From the NCBI GenBank assembly GCA_964398045.1, contig CAYNLM010000001.1:13964-77963 (forward strand): a stretch of 64,000 bases of DNA, written 5' to 3'. Each line of letters opens with the position of its first letter. Position 1 is the stretch's first letter. This DNA comes from an uncultured Nitrospira sp. GTDB lineage: Bacteria; Nitrospirota; Nitrospiria; Nitrospirales; Nitrospiraceae. The position numbers and the translations under genes are program-made. Positions 44,384-53,871 of this stretch are shown one piece after another. Below the pieces are notes generated by a model. It had not been told where the DNA came from, searched no databases, and saw only the letters and a list, made by a program, of their open reading frames with translations.

Positions 44384-44478
44384 CGTGATGCGTGATGCGT
44401 GATGGGTGACGTGTTGGAAGAAGGAGCGGATCGCCTCTGAGCCACTCCCGCATGACGCATAACGGATCACGCTTCACG
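44384..44478. repeat. Inverted word-repeat element (CGTGATG x3 + GGTGACG; complementary arm 22/28), nuoK/nuoJ spacer
   Basis: Heptads at 44384-44411. The right arm at 44451-44478 overlaps the nuoJ stop. Confidence 0.7.
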
Positions 44479-44991
44479 TCCTCCGACGTCCTTCTTGGCC
44501 AGGATGATGGCGCCGATCATGGCGACCAGAAGAATCAACGAAGCCACTTCGAACGGGTAGAGATAAGTCGAGAAGAGGGTTTCGCCGATGGCCAGGGTAT
44601 TTTCTCCCGTGACGGCGCCGGTCGTAGCGGTTGGGATTGCGCTACCTTCAGGCTGCGAGGCCGCGCTGCCTCCCGCCAGCAAGACCATGAACTCGATGAG
44701 GAGGGGCAAGCAGACAAATGCCGCGATCCGCCATTGGCTGTGGTAGCGGTCGTCGCGCTTGACGTTCAGCAGCATGACGACAAAGAGGTACAAGACCAGA
44801 ATGGCGCCGGCATACACGATGATCTGGACCGCCGCGAGGAATTCCGCGTGGAGGGTCACGTACAGCCCGGCGACATGGAAGAACATCACGAGCAGTGAAA
44901 GCGCGCTGTAAACGGGGTTTTTGAGCGCCACCACCAGGATGGCGGTAAGCGCAATCACTCCGGCGAAGTACCCAAAAAACAATTGCCCCAC
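44467..44991 (-). CDS. nuoJ: NADH-quinone oxidoreductase subunit J
   Basis: Position and TM pattern, '[20 protein letters not shown]', '[20 protein letters not shown]'. Confidence 0.9.
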   Translation of the reverse strand: MGQLFFGYFAGVIALTAILVVALKNPVYSALSLLVMFFHVAGLYVTLHAEFLAAVQIIVYAGAILVLYLFVVMLLNVKRDDRYHSQWRIAAFVCLPLLIEFMVLLAGGSAASQPEGSAIPTATTGAVTGENTLAIGETLFSTYLYPFEVASLILLVAMIGAIILAKKDVGGREA

Positions 44992-45058
44992 GATTCAGTC
45001 CTTCATTCATGCGCCGGATTCAGCGACCCAGGCGCTTGCCCGATGATTCTCTCTGCCA

Positions 45059-45625
45059 TCAGTTCGGCTTTTGCGGCACGTGTTTGAATGGGACGTTGAA
45101 GAACGCCACATTCGGATGCTGCAACTCCAGCCGCTTCTCGCGGACGGGGAACGAGCGGTCGCCGATCGCGAGCAATTGCTCCTTATTCAGGTGGAGCTGC
45201 CGCTTGTCGTACACGGCCCATTCGAATTCCCGCGTCATGCCCAACGCGTCCACGGGACAGGCATCGACGCACATCCCGCAGAACAGGCAGCGGGTCATGT
45301 CCATGTAATATTCTTTGGAGTACCGTTTCGTCGGCTCGCCCGGCACTTCCGCGCTCACCACCCGGATGACGCGGGAGGGGCAGGCTGCTTCACAGAGATC
45401 GCAGCCGACGCATTTTTCAGTCCCATCGTCGTAGCGGAGGAGCGCCAGCATGCCGCGATAATTATCCGGCAACGTGCGCTTCTCATGCGGGTACTGCAAC
45501 GTGATCGGCTTGTAATGGATCAAGTGTGAGAGCGTGGCCTTCATGCCCACGAGAATCTCGTAGAACGTGATGGTCTTGAGCCAGTCGGTGAAGCCGAGAC
45601 GCCGTGATGCCGTTGCGTTCGCCAT
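45059..45625 (-). CDS. nuoI: NADH-quinone oxidoreductase subunit I (2x[4Fe-4S])
   Basis: 'CVGCDLCEAACP' and 'CLFCGMCVDACP'. Confidence 0.95.
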   Translation of the reverse strand: MANATASRRLGFTDWLKTITFYEILVGMKATLSHLIHYKPITLQYPHEKRTLPDNYRGMLALLRYDDGTEKCVGCDLCEAACPSRVIRVVSAEVPGEPTKRYSKEYYMDMTRCLFCGMCVDACPVDALGMTREFEWAVYDKRQLHLNKEQLLAIGDRSFPVREKRLELQHPNVAFFNVPFKHVPQKPN

Positions 45626-45635
45626 GCCTGTCCGC

Positions 45636-46715
45636 CTACTGCTGCATCTGGTTGTAGATGAACACCGCGATCGACGTGACGATGATGTTGCCGAGAGCGA
45701 TCGGGAGCATCACCTTCCATCCGAACTTCATCAGCTGGTCATACCGTAGCCGAGGGAGCGTGGCGCGCAGCCAGAAAAACAGGAACAAAAAGAAGTAGAC
45801 CTTCACGGTGAACCACGCCACACCCTCCGCCCAGGCAAAAGACTCCAAACCGAGATGGCCCAGGATGGTGCCGGGATAGGGCGCATTCCAGCCGCCCATG
45901 AACAAGGCCGCCGCGACGCACGACACCAACACCATGTTCGCGTATTCGGCAATGAAGAAGAACGCGAAGCGCATGCCGCTGTATTCCGTGAAGAATCCCG
46001 CGACGAGTTCGCTCTCGGCTTCGGGCAGGTCGAACGGCACGCGGTTCGTTTCGGCGACGGCGGAAATCACGTAGACCACGAATGCAAAGATCTGCGGCGC
46101 GGGGAAGGCGAACACGTACCAATGCCAGAATCCGCCGGCCTGCGCTTCCGTGATCTTCACCAGACTCAGCGAGCCGGCCATGATCAAGACTCCGACGATC
46201 GCCAGGCCGACGTTCAATTCATAGCTGATGATCTGCGCGGCGGAGCGCAAGCCGCCGAGCAGCGAGTATTTGCTGTTGGAGGCCCAGCCGCCGAGGATGA
46301 TCCCGTAGGCTCCGATGGAGGCGAAGGCCAGAATGTAGAGAATGCCGATGTTGATATCGCTGATGACAAACGGCTTGATCGTGATGCCGAAGACTTCGAG
46401 TGTCTGGTCCGGTCCGAACGGAACCACGGCAAAGCCGATGAGCGCCGGCACCATGGCCAGAATAGGCGCCAGGCTGAACATGAATTTGTTCGCGCCGGCC
46501 GGCACGATGTCTTCCTTGAAGAAGAGTTTCAATCCGTCCGCGATCGGCTGAAGGATGCCGTAGGGACCCACTTCCATCGGGCCCATGCGGTCCTGCATCC
46601 ACCCCAACACCTTTCGTTCTGCAAGGGTCAGGATCATGACGGTCAACATCACAATGCCCATGACCGCGGCGATTTGGGCAACGGAGACGGCGAGGCGGAG
46701 ACCGATTTCAGTCAC
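45636..46715 (-). CDS. nuoH: NADH-quinone oxidoreductase subunit H
   Basis: 'ERKVLGWMQDRMGP', 'NRVPFDLPEAESELVAGF'. Confidence 0.95.
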   Translation of the reverse strand: MTEIGLRLAVSVAQIAAVMGIVMLTVMILTLAERKVLGWMQDRMGPMEVGPYGILQPIADGLKLFFKEDIVPAGANKFMFSLAPILAMVPALIGFAVVPFGPDQTLEVFGITIKPFVISDINIGILYILAFASIGAYGIILGGWASNSKYSLLGGLRSAAQIISYELNVGLAIVGVLIMAGSLSLVKITEAQAGGFWHWYVFAFPAPQIFAFVVYVISAVAETNRVPFDLPEAESELVAGFFTEYSGMRFAFFFIAEYANMVLVSCVAAALFMGGWNAPYPGTILGHLGLESFAWAEGVAWFTVKVYFFLFLFFWLRATLPRLRYDQLMKFGWKVMLPIALGNIIVTSIAVFIYNQMQQ

Positions 46716-46757
46716 GACGACACTCCTCAGTTAACGGGTACCACAGTAGTCTGCTCT

Positions 46758-49427
46758 TCATGCTACTTTCATCATCGACACGGCTGTCGTTCTGAAAGAG
46801 GGAACGCGGGTGACCGGATCGATGGTGCAATCAAATAAATGGATGGCGGTTTGGCTGAAATGATCCGGCAGCCATGCCAGCCCTTCCGGCACCCGTCCGA
46901 CGACTTTGATCTCCGTGGTCATTTCTCCACGGGCATTCGAGAGCCGCGCGCGGTCGCCGTTCATCAGCGCGAAGCGGGCCGCATCGCCCGGACTGATTCT
47001 CAACACGCCTTTGCCTTCCACCTGGATGAGCCCTTTTGCGCGGGTGGAGAGTTTCCCGGAATGGAACAGGCTTTGTACCAGTTCCAACTGCACGGTTCCA
47101 TCCGGCCGAGAGACGGGCGTATCCAACGTGTAGCGTGCAGCCAAATCGTGCCGATAGCCGTCCGCCAGATAGCGATCGATGGTGGCGCGATCGGCCTTCG
47201 GCAGCACCGGCGCCGGACCCAGCGACCCGTATCCTGGAATCAGGCTCCTGATTTCCTTCAGAATGTCTTTGCTCTCCGCGTAATCGAAGGGCGAGCCCAT
47301 GAGCACCGCGAGGGCTGAAACAATCTCCCAGTCCGGTCGACTTTCCCCAACCGGCTCGATCGCCGGTCGTACCGGTTGAACCAGGCCTTCGGTATTGGTA
47401 AATGTGCCGCTCTTTTCCATCGACGAGGCGGCCGGCAAGACCACGTGGGCCAGCGCGGCGGTTTCCGTCAGGAACAGCTCCTGGCAGACGAGCAGATCCA
47501 GCTTGCGCAACGATTCTTCGGCCCGAACCTGCGCGGGGAGGCTGGCGACGGGGTTTTCGCCGACGATGAACATGGCCTTTAAGATGCCGGCTCCCGCCCG
47601 ATCCAACATTTCCACCAGCGAGGCCCCACCGTTCGGCGGCGGCTCGTCGCCCCAGAGTTTTGCCATACGATCTCGCGCGGCGCGATCCGTGATATCGATA
47701 GGACCGGGCAAGAATTCGGCGGAGGCCCCCATCTCGACCGCGCCCTGATCGTTGTTCTCCTCGGCCAGCGGGGCAAAGCCGCAACCGGGCTGATCCAATT
47801 TTCCAATGAGCAGCAGCAGGTCGAGCAAATCAACCGAACCCGTGTAACCATGTCGGCCGCGCAGCAATCCCTGTCCCGCCACAATGACCACCCGTCGCCC
47901 GCTGGCCAGGACCTTCGCCGCTTCTATAAAGGAAGCGCTGTCCGCGCCGGCGGCAGCGTGCAGATGTTCCCAGGAAATCTGCTGCAACGCGCTCGAGACT
48001 GCGTTCACGTAACCCGGTTGCCGCTGCATGAGATCCGGTTGCACGAGGTTTTGTTCCACGACCGCTTTCAGCAGACCGAGGATCGTATTGCGCATGTGCG
48101 TGGTCGGCACAGAAAAATGGTGCGAGGACAGATTGGCGATGTTGCTGATCGTGTCGATCGCCGGCTCAAGCGCTTCAATGGTGACCAGCTTGGTTCCGCG
48201 CTTCTTGATTGCTTCTTTGACCCTCAGGCCGGTGATCGGATTCGACTCGGTGATATTGGTGCCGACCAATAATAAAACGTCGGCCGCCACAATGTCGTCG
48301 AAGCTGACGGTCCAGCGGTGGGTTCCCTGCACCCGCCGCAACGCATGCACCCCGTTCAAATGGCCGTAGCGCGCGCTGCCGTCGATGCTATTCGTGCCGA
48401 TGGTGACCCGCATGAACTTCTGGAAGAGATACAATTCTTCGTTGGTGCATCGGCCTGAAATCAGGCCGCCGAAGCTCTGTCCGCCGTGGGCCGCCTTAAT
48501 CCTGCCGGCTTCTTCCGCGATGAACTCCAGCGCTTCTTCCCAGGTGGCTTGAACAAGGACGCCGCCGCGACGAATCAACGGATGTGTCAACCGTTCCGGA
48601 TGGCTGCCGGCGTGGAATCCGAAAAATCCCCGCGCGCAGAGGTCGCCGTTGTTCCGTCCCGCTCCATGCGCCGAGTTCACTTCGATGAGTTCCCGATCTT
48701 TCGTTTGGACCGTGATCTGACAGCCATCCCCGCAATAGCCGCAGATGGTCTCGGCTCGCTTGAGCATCCACGGCCGGTATTCGTACATCGAGAGCCGGCT
48801 GGTGATCGCGCCGACCGGGCAAATCTGTACGCAGCCGCCGCAGAACTCACAATCGAGCGGATGGGGGCCGAAATGTTTGATCTCCGTCATGGTGCCGCGT
48901 CCGACCGGCGCCAGGGCCTTCACGTCCATGACTTCGTCGCAATAGCGGACGCAACGCAGGCACTGCACGCAGCGGTTCATCTGCGTTTCGATGAGCGGGC
49001 TGAAGTATTCCTTCTGGAAGATCCGCTTGGTTTCGGCGAACCGGCTGGTGGCTGGGGTGTACTCATGGGAAAAGTCCTGGAGATCACAGCGGCCGCCCTG
49101 GTCGCACACCGGACAATCGAGCGGGTGATTGGCCAAAATGAATTCGAGAACCGACTTGTGCGCGTCATTGACGACGGTGGTTGCCGTCCGAACAGACATG
49201 CCTTCCGCCACCAGCGTACTGCAGGAGGTCTGGAGCTTCGGCATCTTCTCGATCTCCACGAGGCACATCCGGCAGTTGGCGTCGGGCTTCAGCTTCGGGT
49301 GGTAGCAGAAATGCGGAATCATGACGCCAACCCGACGCGCGGCCTCGATCACGAGCGTGCCTTTCGGCACCGTGACGGAAATTCCGTCAATCGTCAGGTG
49401 AACGGTCTCTCTCGTTGGCTCAGTCAT
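46758..49427 (-). CDS. nuoG: NADH-quinone oxidoreductase subunit G (889 aa)
   Basis: 2Fe-2S 'CYHPKLKPDANCRMCLVE', 'HPLDCPVCDQGGRCDLQ', 'CVQCLRCVRYC', 'CEFCGGCVQICPVGA', and a molybdopterin-like C-terminal domain. Confidence 0.95.
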   Translation of the reverse strand: MTEPTRETVHLTIDGISVTVPKGTLVIEAARRVGVMIPHFCYHPKLKPDANCRMCLVEIEKMPKLQTSCSTLVAEGMSVRTATTVVNDAHKSVLEFILANHPLDCPVCDQGGRCDLQDFSHEYTPATSRFAETKRIFQKEYFSPLIETQMNRCVQCLRCVRYCDEVMDVKALAPVGRGTMTEIKHFGPHPLDCEFCGGCVQICPVGAITSRLSMYEYRPWMLKRAETICGYCGDGCQITVQTKDRELIEVNSAHGAGRNNGDLCARGFFGFHAGSHPERLTHPLIRRGGVLVQATWEEALEFIAEEAGRIKAAHGGQSFGGLISGRCTNEELYLFQKFMRVTIGTNSIDGSARYGHLNGVHALRRVQGTHRWTVSFDDIVAADVLLLVGTNITESNPITGLRVKEAIKKRGTKLVTIEALEPAIDTISNIANLSSHHFSVPTTHMRNTILGLLKAVVEQNLVQPDLMQRQPGYVNAVSSALQQISWEHLHAAAGADSASFIEAAKVLASGRRVVIVAGQGLLRGRHGYTGSVDLLDLLLLIGKLDQPGCGFAPLAEENNDQGAVEMGASAEFLPGPIDITDRAARDRMAKLWGDEPPPNGGASLVEMLDRAGAGILKAMFIVGENPVASLPAQVRAEESLRKLDLLVCQELFLTETAALAHVVLPAASSMEKSGTFTNTEGLVQPVRPAIEPVGESRPDWEIVSALAVLMGSPFDYAESKDILKEIRSLIPGYGSLGPAPVLPKADRATIDRYLADGYRHDLAARYTLDTPVSRPDGTVQLELVQSLFHSGKLSTRAKGLIQVEGKGVLRISPGDAARFALMNGDRARLSNARGEMTTEIKVVGRVPEGLAWLPDHFSQTAIHLFDCTIDPVTRVPSFRTTAVSMMKVA

Positions 49428-49429
49428 CG

Positions 49430-50737
49430 TTAGTGCCGTACCGCAATCCGTTCTGGGTGCAGGAGATTGGCTGCCTCAGCTTCATGGATCAACGAGACGT
49501 ATTCGGACCGCCAATGCTTCAGCGTGCTCTGGATCGGGGCGATCGCCGCGTCACCAAATGCGCAGACCGTGCGGCCTGCGATGTTCTTGCATAGATCGGT
49601 CAGGGTTTCAAGGTCCTGACCCCGTCCCTGTTTGGCGACGATTCGGCGCATGGTCTGCACCAGCCAGGAGGTGCCCTCGCGACAAGGGGTACATTTCCCG
49701 CAGGACTCATGGTAGAAAAACTCCATCAGCCGGAGCGCCGCCCAGACCATGCTGGTCCCTTCCTCCATCACGGTCACGCCGCCCGAGCCGAGCATCGATC
49801 CTGCCGCCGCGACCGACTCGAAATCCAGTTTCACGTCGAGATGATCCGGAGTGAGGAAGGGCGCCGAGGCTCCGCCGGGAATGAAGGCTTTGATCGGTTT
49901 GTCGGAACGCATGCCGCCGGCATGTTCATAGATCAATTCCCGGAACGTGACGCCCATCGGGACTTCGTAATTCCCCGGGCGTTTCGCATGACCGCTCACG
50001 CAGAACACCCTGGTGCCCGTGCTCTTGGGCGGCGAGCCGATCGAGGCGAACCATTCGGCGCCTCGGTTGAGAATGTGGGGCAGGTTCGCCAGCGTCTCGA
50101 CGTTGTTCACCACGGTCGGCTTGTTATAGAGGCCGTGCGTGGCGGGGAGCGGCGGTTTCACCCGCGGCAGGCCCCGTTTGCCTTCGAGTGATTCGAGGAG
50201 CGCCGTTTCTTCACCGCAGATGTAGGCCCCGGCTCCTCGATGGACCCAGACCTCGACGTTGATTCCGGTTCCCAGGATATTCTTTCCGATGTAGCCGGCG
50301 GCGCGCGCTTCGCCGAGCGCCCGCTCAAGGATCTTCGAGCCCAGCACCATTTCACCGCGTATATAAATGTAGGCGGACTCGGCTCCGATCGCATAGCAGG
50401 CCAGCACGATGCCCTCGAGCAGTTGGTGCGGGTCACGCTCCATCAATTGGCGGTCTTTAAACGTGCCGGGCTCGCTTTCATCTGCGTTGCAGCAGAGGTA
50501 CCGAGGGCCTTGGTACTCTTTCGGCAGGAATCCCCATTTCACTCCGGTTGGGAAGCCGGCTCCGCCGCGTCCCCGCAAGCCCGATTTCATGACTGTGGCG
50601 GTCACGTCGGCCGGCGCAACCTTGCCCAGTGTGTTACGCAGGGCTTGATAGCCGCCCGTCTTCTCATAGTCCGCCAGCGTCCCGGTGTATCCGGGCTGCG
50701 ACATGTTTTTCAGGAGGATCAGTTCGTGTTTGGGCAT
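49430..50737 (-). CDS. nuoF: NADH-quinone oxidoreductase subunit F
   Basis: 'GRGGAGFPTGVKW', 'ESEPGTFKDR', 'CGKCTPCREG'. Confidence 0.95.
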   Translation of the reverse strand: MPKHELILLKNMSQPGYTGTLADYEKTGGYQALRNTLGKVAPADVTATVMKSGLRGRGGAGFPTGVKWGFLPKEYQGPRYLCCNADESEPGTFKDRQLMERDPHQLLEGIVLACYAIGAESAYIYIRGEMVLGSKILERALGEARAAGYIGKNILGTGINVEVWVHRGAGAYICGEETALLESLEGKRGLPRVKPPLPATHGLYNKPTVVNNVETLANLPHILNRGAEWFASIGSPPKSTGTRVFCVSGHAKRPGNYEVPMGVTFRELIYEHAGGMRSDKPIKAFIPGGASAPFLTPDHLDVKLDFESVAAAGSMLGSGGVTVMEEGTSMVWAALRLMEFFYHESCGKCTPCREGTSWLVQTMRRIVAKQGRGQDLETLTDLCKNIAGRTVCAFGDAAIAPIQSTLKHWRSEYVSLIHEAEAANLLHPERIAVRH

Positions 50738-50746
50738 CGTTATGCT

Positions 50747-50801
50747 AAGGCAAAAGGAAAAAGTTTGTGAGCAGCCATTTTTTACTTTTGCCTTTTTACT
50801 T
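50747..50801. repeat. Inverted word-repeat element (AAGGCAAAAGG-type), nuoF/nuoE spacer
   Basis: AAGGCAAAAGGAAAAAGT (50747-50764) is complementary to ACTTTTGCCTTTTTACTT (50784-50801) at 15/18. The related word string AAGGCAAAAGGCAAAAGTAACAAGTAAAAGG occurs at 42010-42040 in the nuoM/nuoL spacer. Confidence 0.6.
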
Positions 50802-50809
50802 TGAACTTT

Positions 50810-51340
50810 CTACTTGGCGCTCTGCGCTTCCGGCCACATGTATGGGCCGCTCTTCAAGGAACTGGTTCCCGTCGTCTTCAAGTCGGCCAGGATGCGATCC
50901 ACTTTTTCCTCGGTCAGCCGCTCGTAATAGTCGTCGTTGATCTGCATCATCGGGGCGGTCCCGCAGGCGGCCAGGCATTCCACCGCGCTGAGTGTAAAAA
51001 GGCCGTCGGCCGTCGATTCGCCGGGAGAAATGCCGAGCTTGGACGTGATCCATCCGATCACGGTATCCGAACCCACGAGAGCACACATGAGCGACTTGCA
51101 CACCTGAATATGAAACCGCCCCACCTTCTTCAAATTCAACATGCTGTAGAAGGTGACCGTCTCGTACACCTGCGGCGGCGTCAGGTCGAGCAGTTTGGCG
51201 ATCTCTTTCATCGCCGGTTCGGTGATGTAGCCCTGATCGCGCTGCGCCAGGTACAGCAGCGGAATCAATGCACTCCGTTTCACCGGATAGCGGCTCAGCA
51301 ACTCGGCTATTTCGTCTTTGTATTTTTCAGCCAGTGTCAT
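50810..51340 (-). CDS. nuoE: NADH-quinone oxidoreductase subunit E
   Basis: 'HIQVCKSLMCAL' and 'ECLAACGTAPMMQIND' (2Fe-2S ligands). Confidence 0.95.
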   Translation of the reverse strand: MTLAEKYKDEIAELLSRYPVKRSALIPLLYLAQRDQGYITEPAMKEIAKLLDLTPPQVYETVTFYSMLNLKKVGRFHIQVCKSLMCALVGSDTVIGWITSKLGISPGESTADGLFTLSAVECLAACGTAPMMQINDDYYERLTEEKVDRILADLKTTGTSSLKSGPYMWPEAQSAK

Positions 51341-51412
51341 GGGGCCTTATGAGGTCGTTCGTTACTGGTCAATAGCCAATGGGGAGACGCTTTTTTACCT
51401 ACCCACCAACAC

Positions 51413-51533
51413 GGTGAGGGAGCGGAGGGTGCCCTCACCTGCGCGCATGCAACGAGCACCGCCCGCTACTTTCAATCTGATTGGTCTTGCGTGCGCGTTG
51501 CGCGAGCAAGAGGGCATCCTCCGCTCCCTCACC
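51413..51533 (-). repeat. Long-hairpin intercistronic element, copy A (nuoCD/nuoE spacer)
   Basis: The 24-nt arms at 51413-51436 and 51510-51533 are complementary at 23/24 positions. A conserved 27-nt core lies at 51439-51465. The nuoCD stop codon lies inside the arm. Confidence 0.7.
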
Positions 51534-53358
51534 TATCACACTCCCCCATCACGATATCGTACGTCCCGAAAATCGTAATAATATCGGAAATCAGATAGCC
51601 GCGAGCCATGTGGTCGAAGGCGCCCATGTGAATGAATGAGGGCGAGCGGATCTTCAATCGATAGGGACGGGGGCTGCCGTCGCTGATGATGAAGAAGCCC
51701 AATTCGCCTTTGGGCGCTTCCGTCGCACAGTAGGTCTCGGCTTTGGGCGGCTTGAATCCCTGGGTGAAAATGATGAAGTGGTGGATCAGGCTTTCCATGT
51801 CGCGCATCACTTGCTGCTTGGGCGGCGGAATATATTGCGGCACGTCGGCCATGATCGGTCCCGGCGGCATCTGGTCGAGACATTGCGCGATGATGCGCGC
51901 GCTCTGGCGCATCTCTTCCATGCGAATCCAGTAACGGTCGTAGGTATCGCCGTGTTTCCCGACCGGCACTTCCCAATCCACCTTGTGATAGACGCCGTAG
52001 GGCTCAAGCTTGCGGATGTCATAGGCCACACCGGACCCACGCAATGTCGGACCCGTGAGGCCGAAGTTGATGGCGTCTTCGGCTGAAATCACCGCGACGT
52101 TTTTCGTGCGTCCCAGCCAGATGCGGTTGGAGGCGATCAGCGAGTCGTATTCACCGACCTTCTGCGGGAAAGTCTCCAAAAACGTTTTGAGGCGAAGGAC
52201 CAAGTCGGGCGTGAAATCACCGTCGACGCCGCCGATACGGTAGTAATTCAACGTCAGGCGCGCCCCGCAGAGCTTCTCGAACATGTCGAGCAGAGTTTCC
52301 CGTTCGCGGAACGTCCAGAAGAACACCGTCATGGCGCCGATATCGAGGGCCTGAGTCCCGAGCCAAAAGAGGTGCCCGATGATCCGCTGCATCTCCGCCA
52401 CGATCGTGCGGATGTATTCGGCGCGTTCCGGCACGGTGATGCAGAGGAGCTTCTCCACCGCCCGCACATAGGCGTAGTTATTCGCCATGGCGCAGACGTA
52501 ATCGAGCCGGTCGGTGTGTGGAATGACCTGCATGTAGGCAAGGCCTTCGGCCAGCTTTTCCACGCCACGATGCAGATAGCCGAGATCCGGCGTCGCCTTC
52601 ACGATACGTTCGCCGTCCAATTCGAGCACGACGCGCAGCACGCCGTGGGTGCTCGGATGTTGCGGGCCCATGTTGAGCAGCAGTTCTTCTTGTCGCCGCG
52701 ACCCCGACGGACCCGTCTCTGCGATGAAGGGTTTCTTTTGGGCCTCGGGAATTTCACCTTCGCTCTGTTCGACCGGCGGCTCATCGAGGCGCGGAATAAA
52801 GTCGAACTGCGAACGCCAGCCTCGGCCTTCCGTGGGGAAATCCTTCCGCAGCGGATAGCCTTCCGCGTAATCTTCAGGCATCAGAATGCGGCGTAAATCC
52901 GGATGGCCGGTAAATCTGATGCCCATCATGTCGTAGACTTCGCGCTCCAAAAACTCCGCGCCGCGCCACACGCTCGTCACCGAGTCGATGGTCGGATCGT
53001 CCTCCGTGACTCTGGCCTTGAGACGAATCCTTCTCCCATGAGGCAGCGAGAGCAATTGGTAGATCACTTCGAACCGTGCTTGATCTTCCGGATAGTCGGC
53101 GGAGCAGATGTCGGTGATGTGATCGAAGGCGGCTTCCGGCGCATCGCGCAGGTAGCGGGCGATCTCGAGAATCTTGGGCGCCCGCACCTGGGCGGATACT
53201 TCCGAACGGGCGGTATCGACATTGACAGACAGGACCGCCTCAGGGAATCTCTTCAATAAAGTTTCGATGAGGGCTTGCATAGTGTCATGCTGCGAGAGAC
53301 GCGCGACTTGCGAGAAAAGCGCGATTGCCGAGTCACGCACGTCCCGCCACTCTCGCAC
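51529..53358 (-). CDS. nuoCD: Fused NADH-quinone oxidoreductase subunit C/D
   Basis: The N-terminal ~170 aa are NuoC-like ('WRGAEFLEREVYDMMGIRFTGHPD'). The rest is NuoD ('NMGPQHPSTHGVLR', 'YLHRGVEKL', C-terminal 'VMGECDR'). The listed start is GTG 53358; an alternative ATG lies at 53280. Confidence 0.9.
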   Translation of the reverse strand: MREWRDVRDSAIALFSQVARLSQHDTMQALIETLLKRFPEAVLSVNVDTARSEVSAQVRAPKILEIARYLRDAPEAAFDHITDICSADYPEDQARFEVIYQLLSLPHGRRIRLKARVTEDDPTIDSVTSVWRGAEFLEREVYDMMGIRFTGHPDLRRILMPEDYAEGYPLRKDFPTEGRGWRSQFDFIPRLDEPPVEQSEGEIPEAQKKPFIAETGPSGSRRQEELLLNMGPQHPSTHGVLRVVLELDGERIVKATPDLGYLHRGVEKLAEGLAYMQVIPHTDRLDYVCAMANNYAYVRAVEKLLCITVPERAEYIRTIVAEMQRIIGHLFWLGTQALDIGAMTVFFWTFRERETLLDMFEKLCGARLTLNYYRIGGVDGDFTPDLVLRLKTFLETFPQKVGEYDSLIASNRIWLGRTKNVAVISAEDAINFGLTGPTLRGSGVAYDIRKLEPYGVYHKVDWEVPVGKHGDTYDRYWIRMEEMRQSARIIAQCLDQMPPGPIMADVPQYIPPPKQQVMRDMESLIHHFIIFTQGFKPPKAETYCATEAPKGELGFFIISDGSPRPYRLKIRSPSFIHMGAFDHMARGYLISDIITIFGTYDIVMGECDR

Positions 53359-53368
53359 GTCTCGCGGG

Positions 53369-53848
53369 CTATTTCACAAAGACCTTCTCGCGTTGAATTT
53401 TTTCCTGCAGTTTCAGCAGGCCGTCGAGCAGCGCTTCAGGACGCGGCGGACAGCCGGGCACATAGACGTCCACCGGCACAATCTGATCGACGCCCTGCAC
53501 GACGGCATAGCTGTTGTAGTGATTCCCCGACGTCGCGCAGGAGCCCATCGAAATCACGTAGCGGGGTTCCGGCATCTGGTCGTAGATGCGTCGGATGACG
53601 GGGGCCATCTTGCGCGTCACGGTTCCGGCGACAATCATGAGGTCGGACTGCCGGGGCGACGCGCGGAAGACGCCGGCGCCGAACCGGTCGAGATCGTAGC
53701 GCGACGACACGCTGGCGATCATTTCGATGGCGCAACAGGCCAGTCCGAACGTCATCGGCCACAAGGCCGATTTCCTCGCCCAGTTCACGACGGCGTCCAG
53801 ATTCGTCGTGATGATGTTGGCTTCCAACTGCCGCTCTAAAAAACTCAT
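53369..53848 (-). CDS. nuoB: NADH-quinone oxidoreductase subunit B
   Basis: 'GLACCAIEM', 'MGSCATSG', '[11 protein letters not shown]'. Confidence 0.95.
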   Translation of the reverse strand: MSFLERQLEANIITTNLDAVVNWARKSALWPMTFGLACCAIEMIASVSSRYDLDRFGAGVFRASPRQSDLMIVAGTVTRKMAPVIRRIYDQMPEPRYVISMGSCATSGNHYNSYAVVQGVDQIVPVDVYVPGCPPRPEALLDGLLKLQEKIQREKVFVK

Positions 53849-53871
53849 CCCGTTTGTATCCTTCTAACCGA

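Noticed and set aside
44376-44477. N-terminal extension of nuoK in the ORF track (135 aa instead of ~101 aa).
   Set aside because: The extra residues ('...[14 protein letters not shown]') are a translation of the CGTGATG heptad repeat. Canonical NuoK begins at '[12 protein letters not shown]' (ATG 44375).
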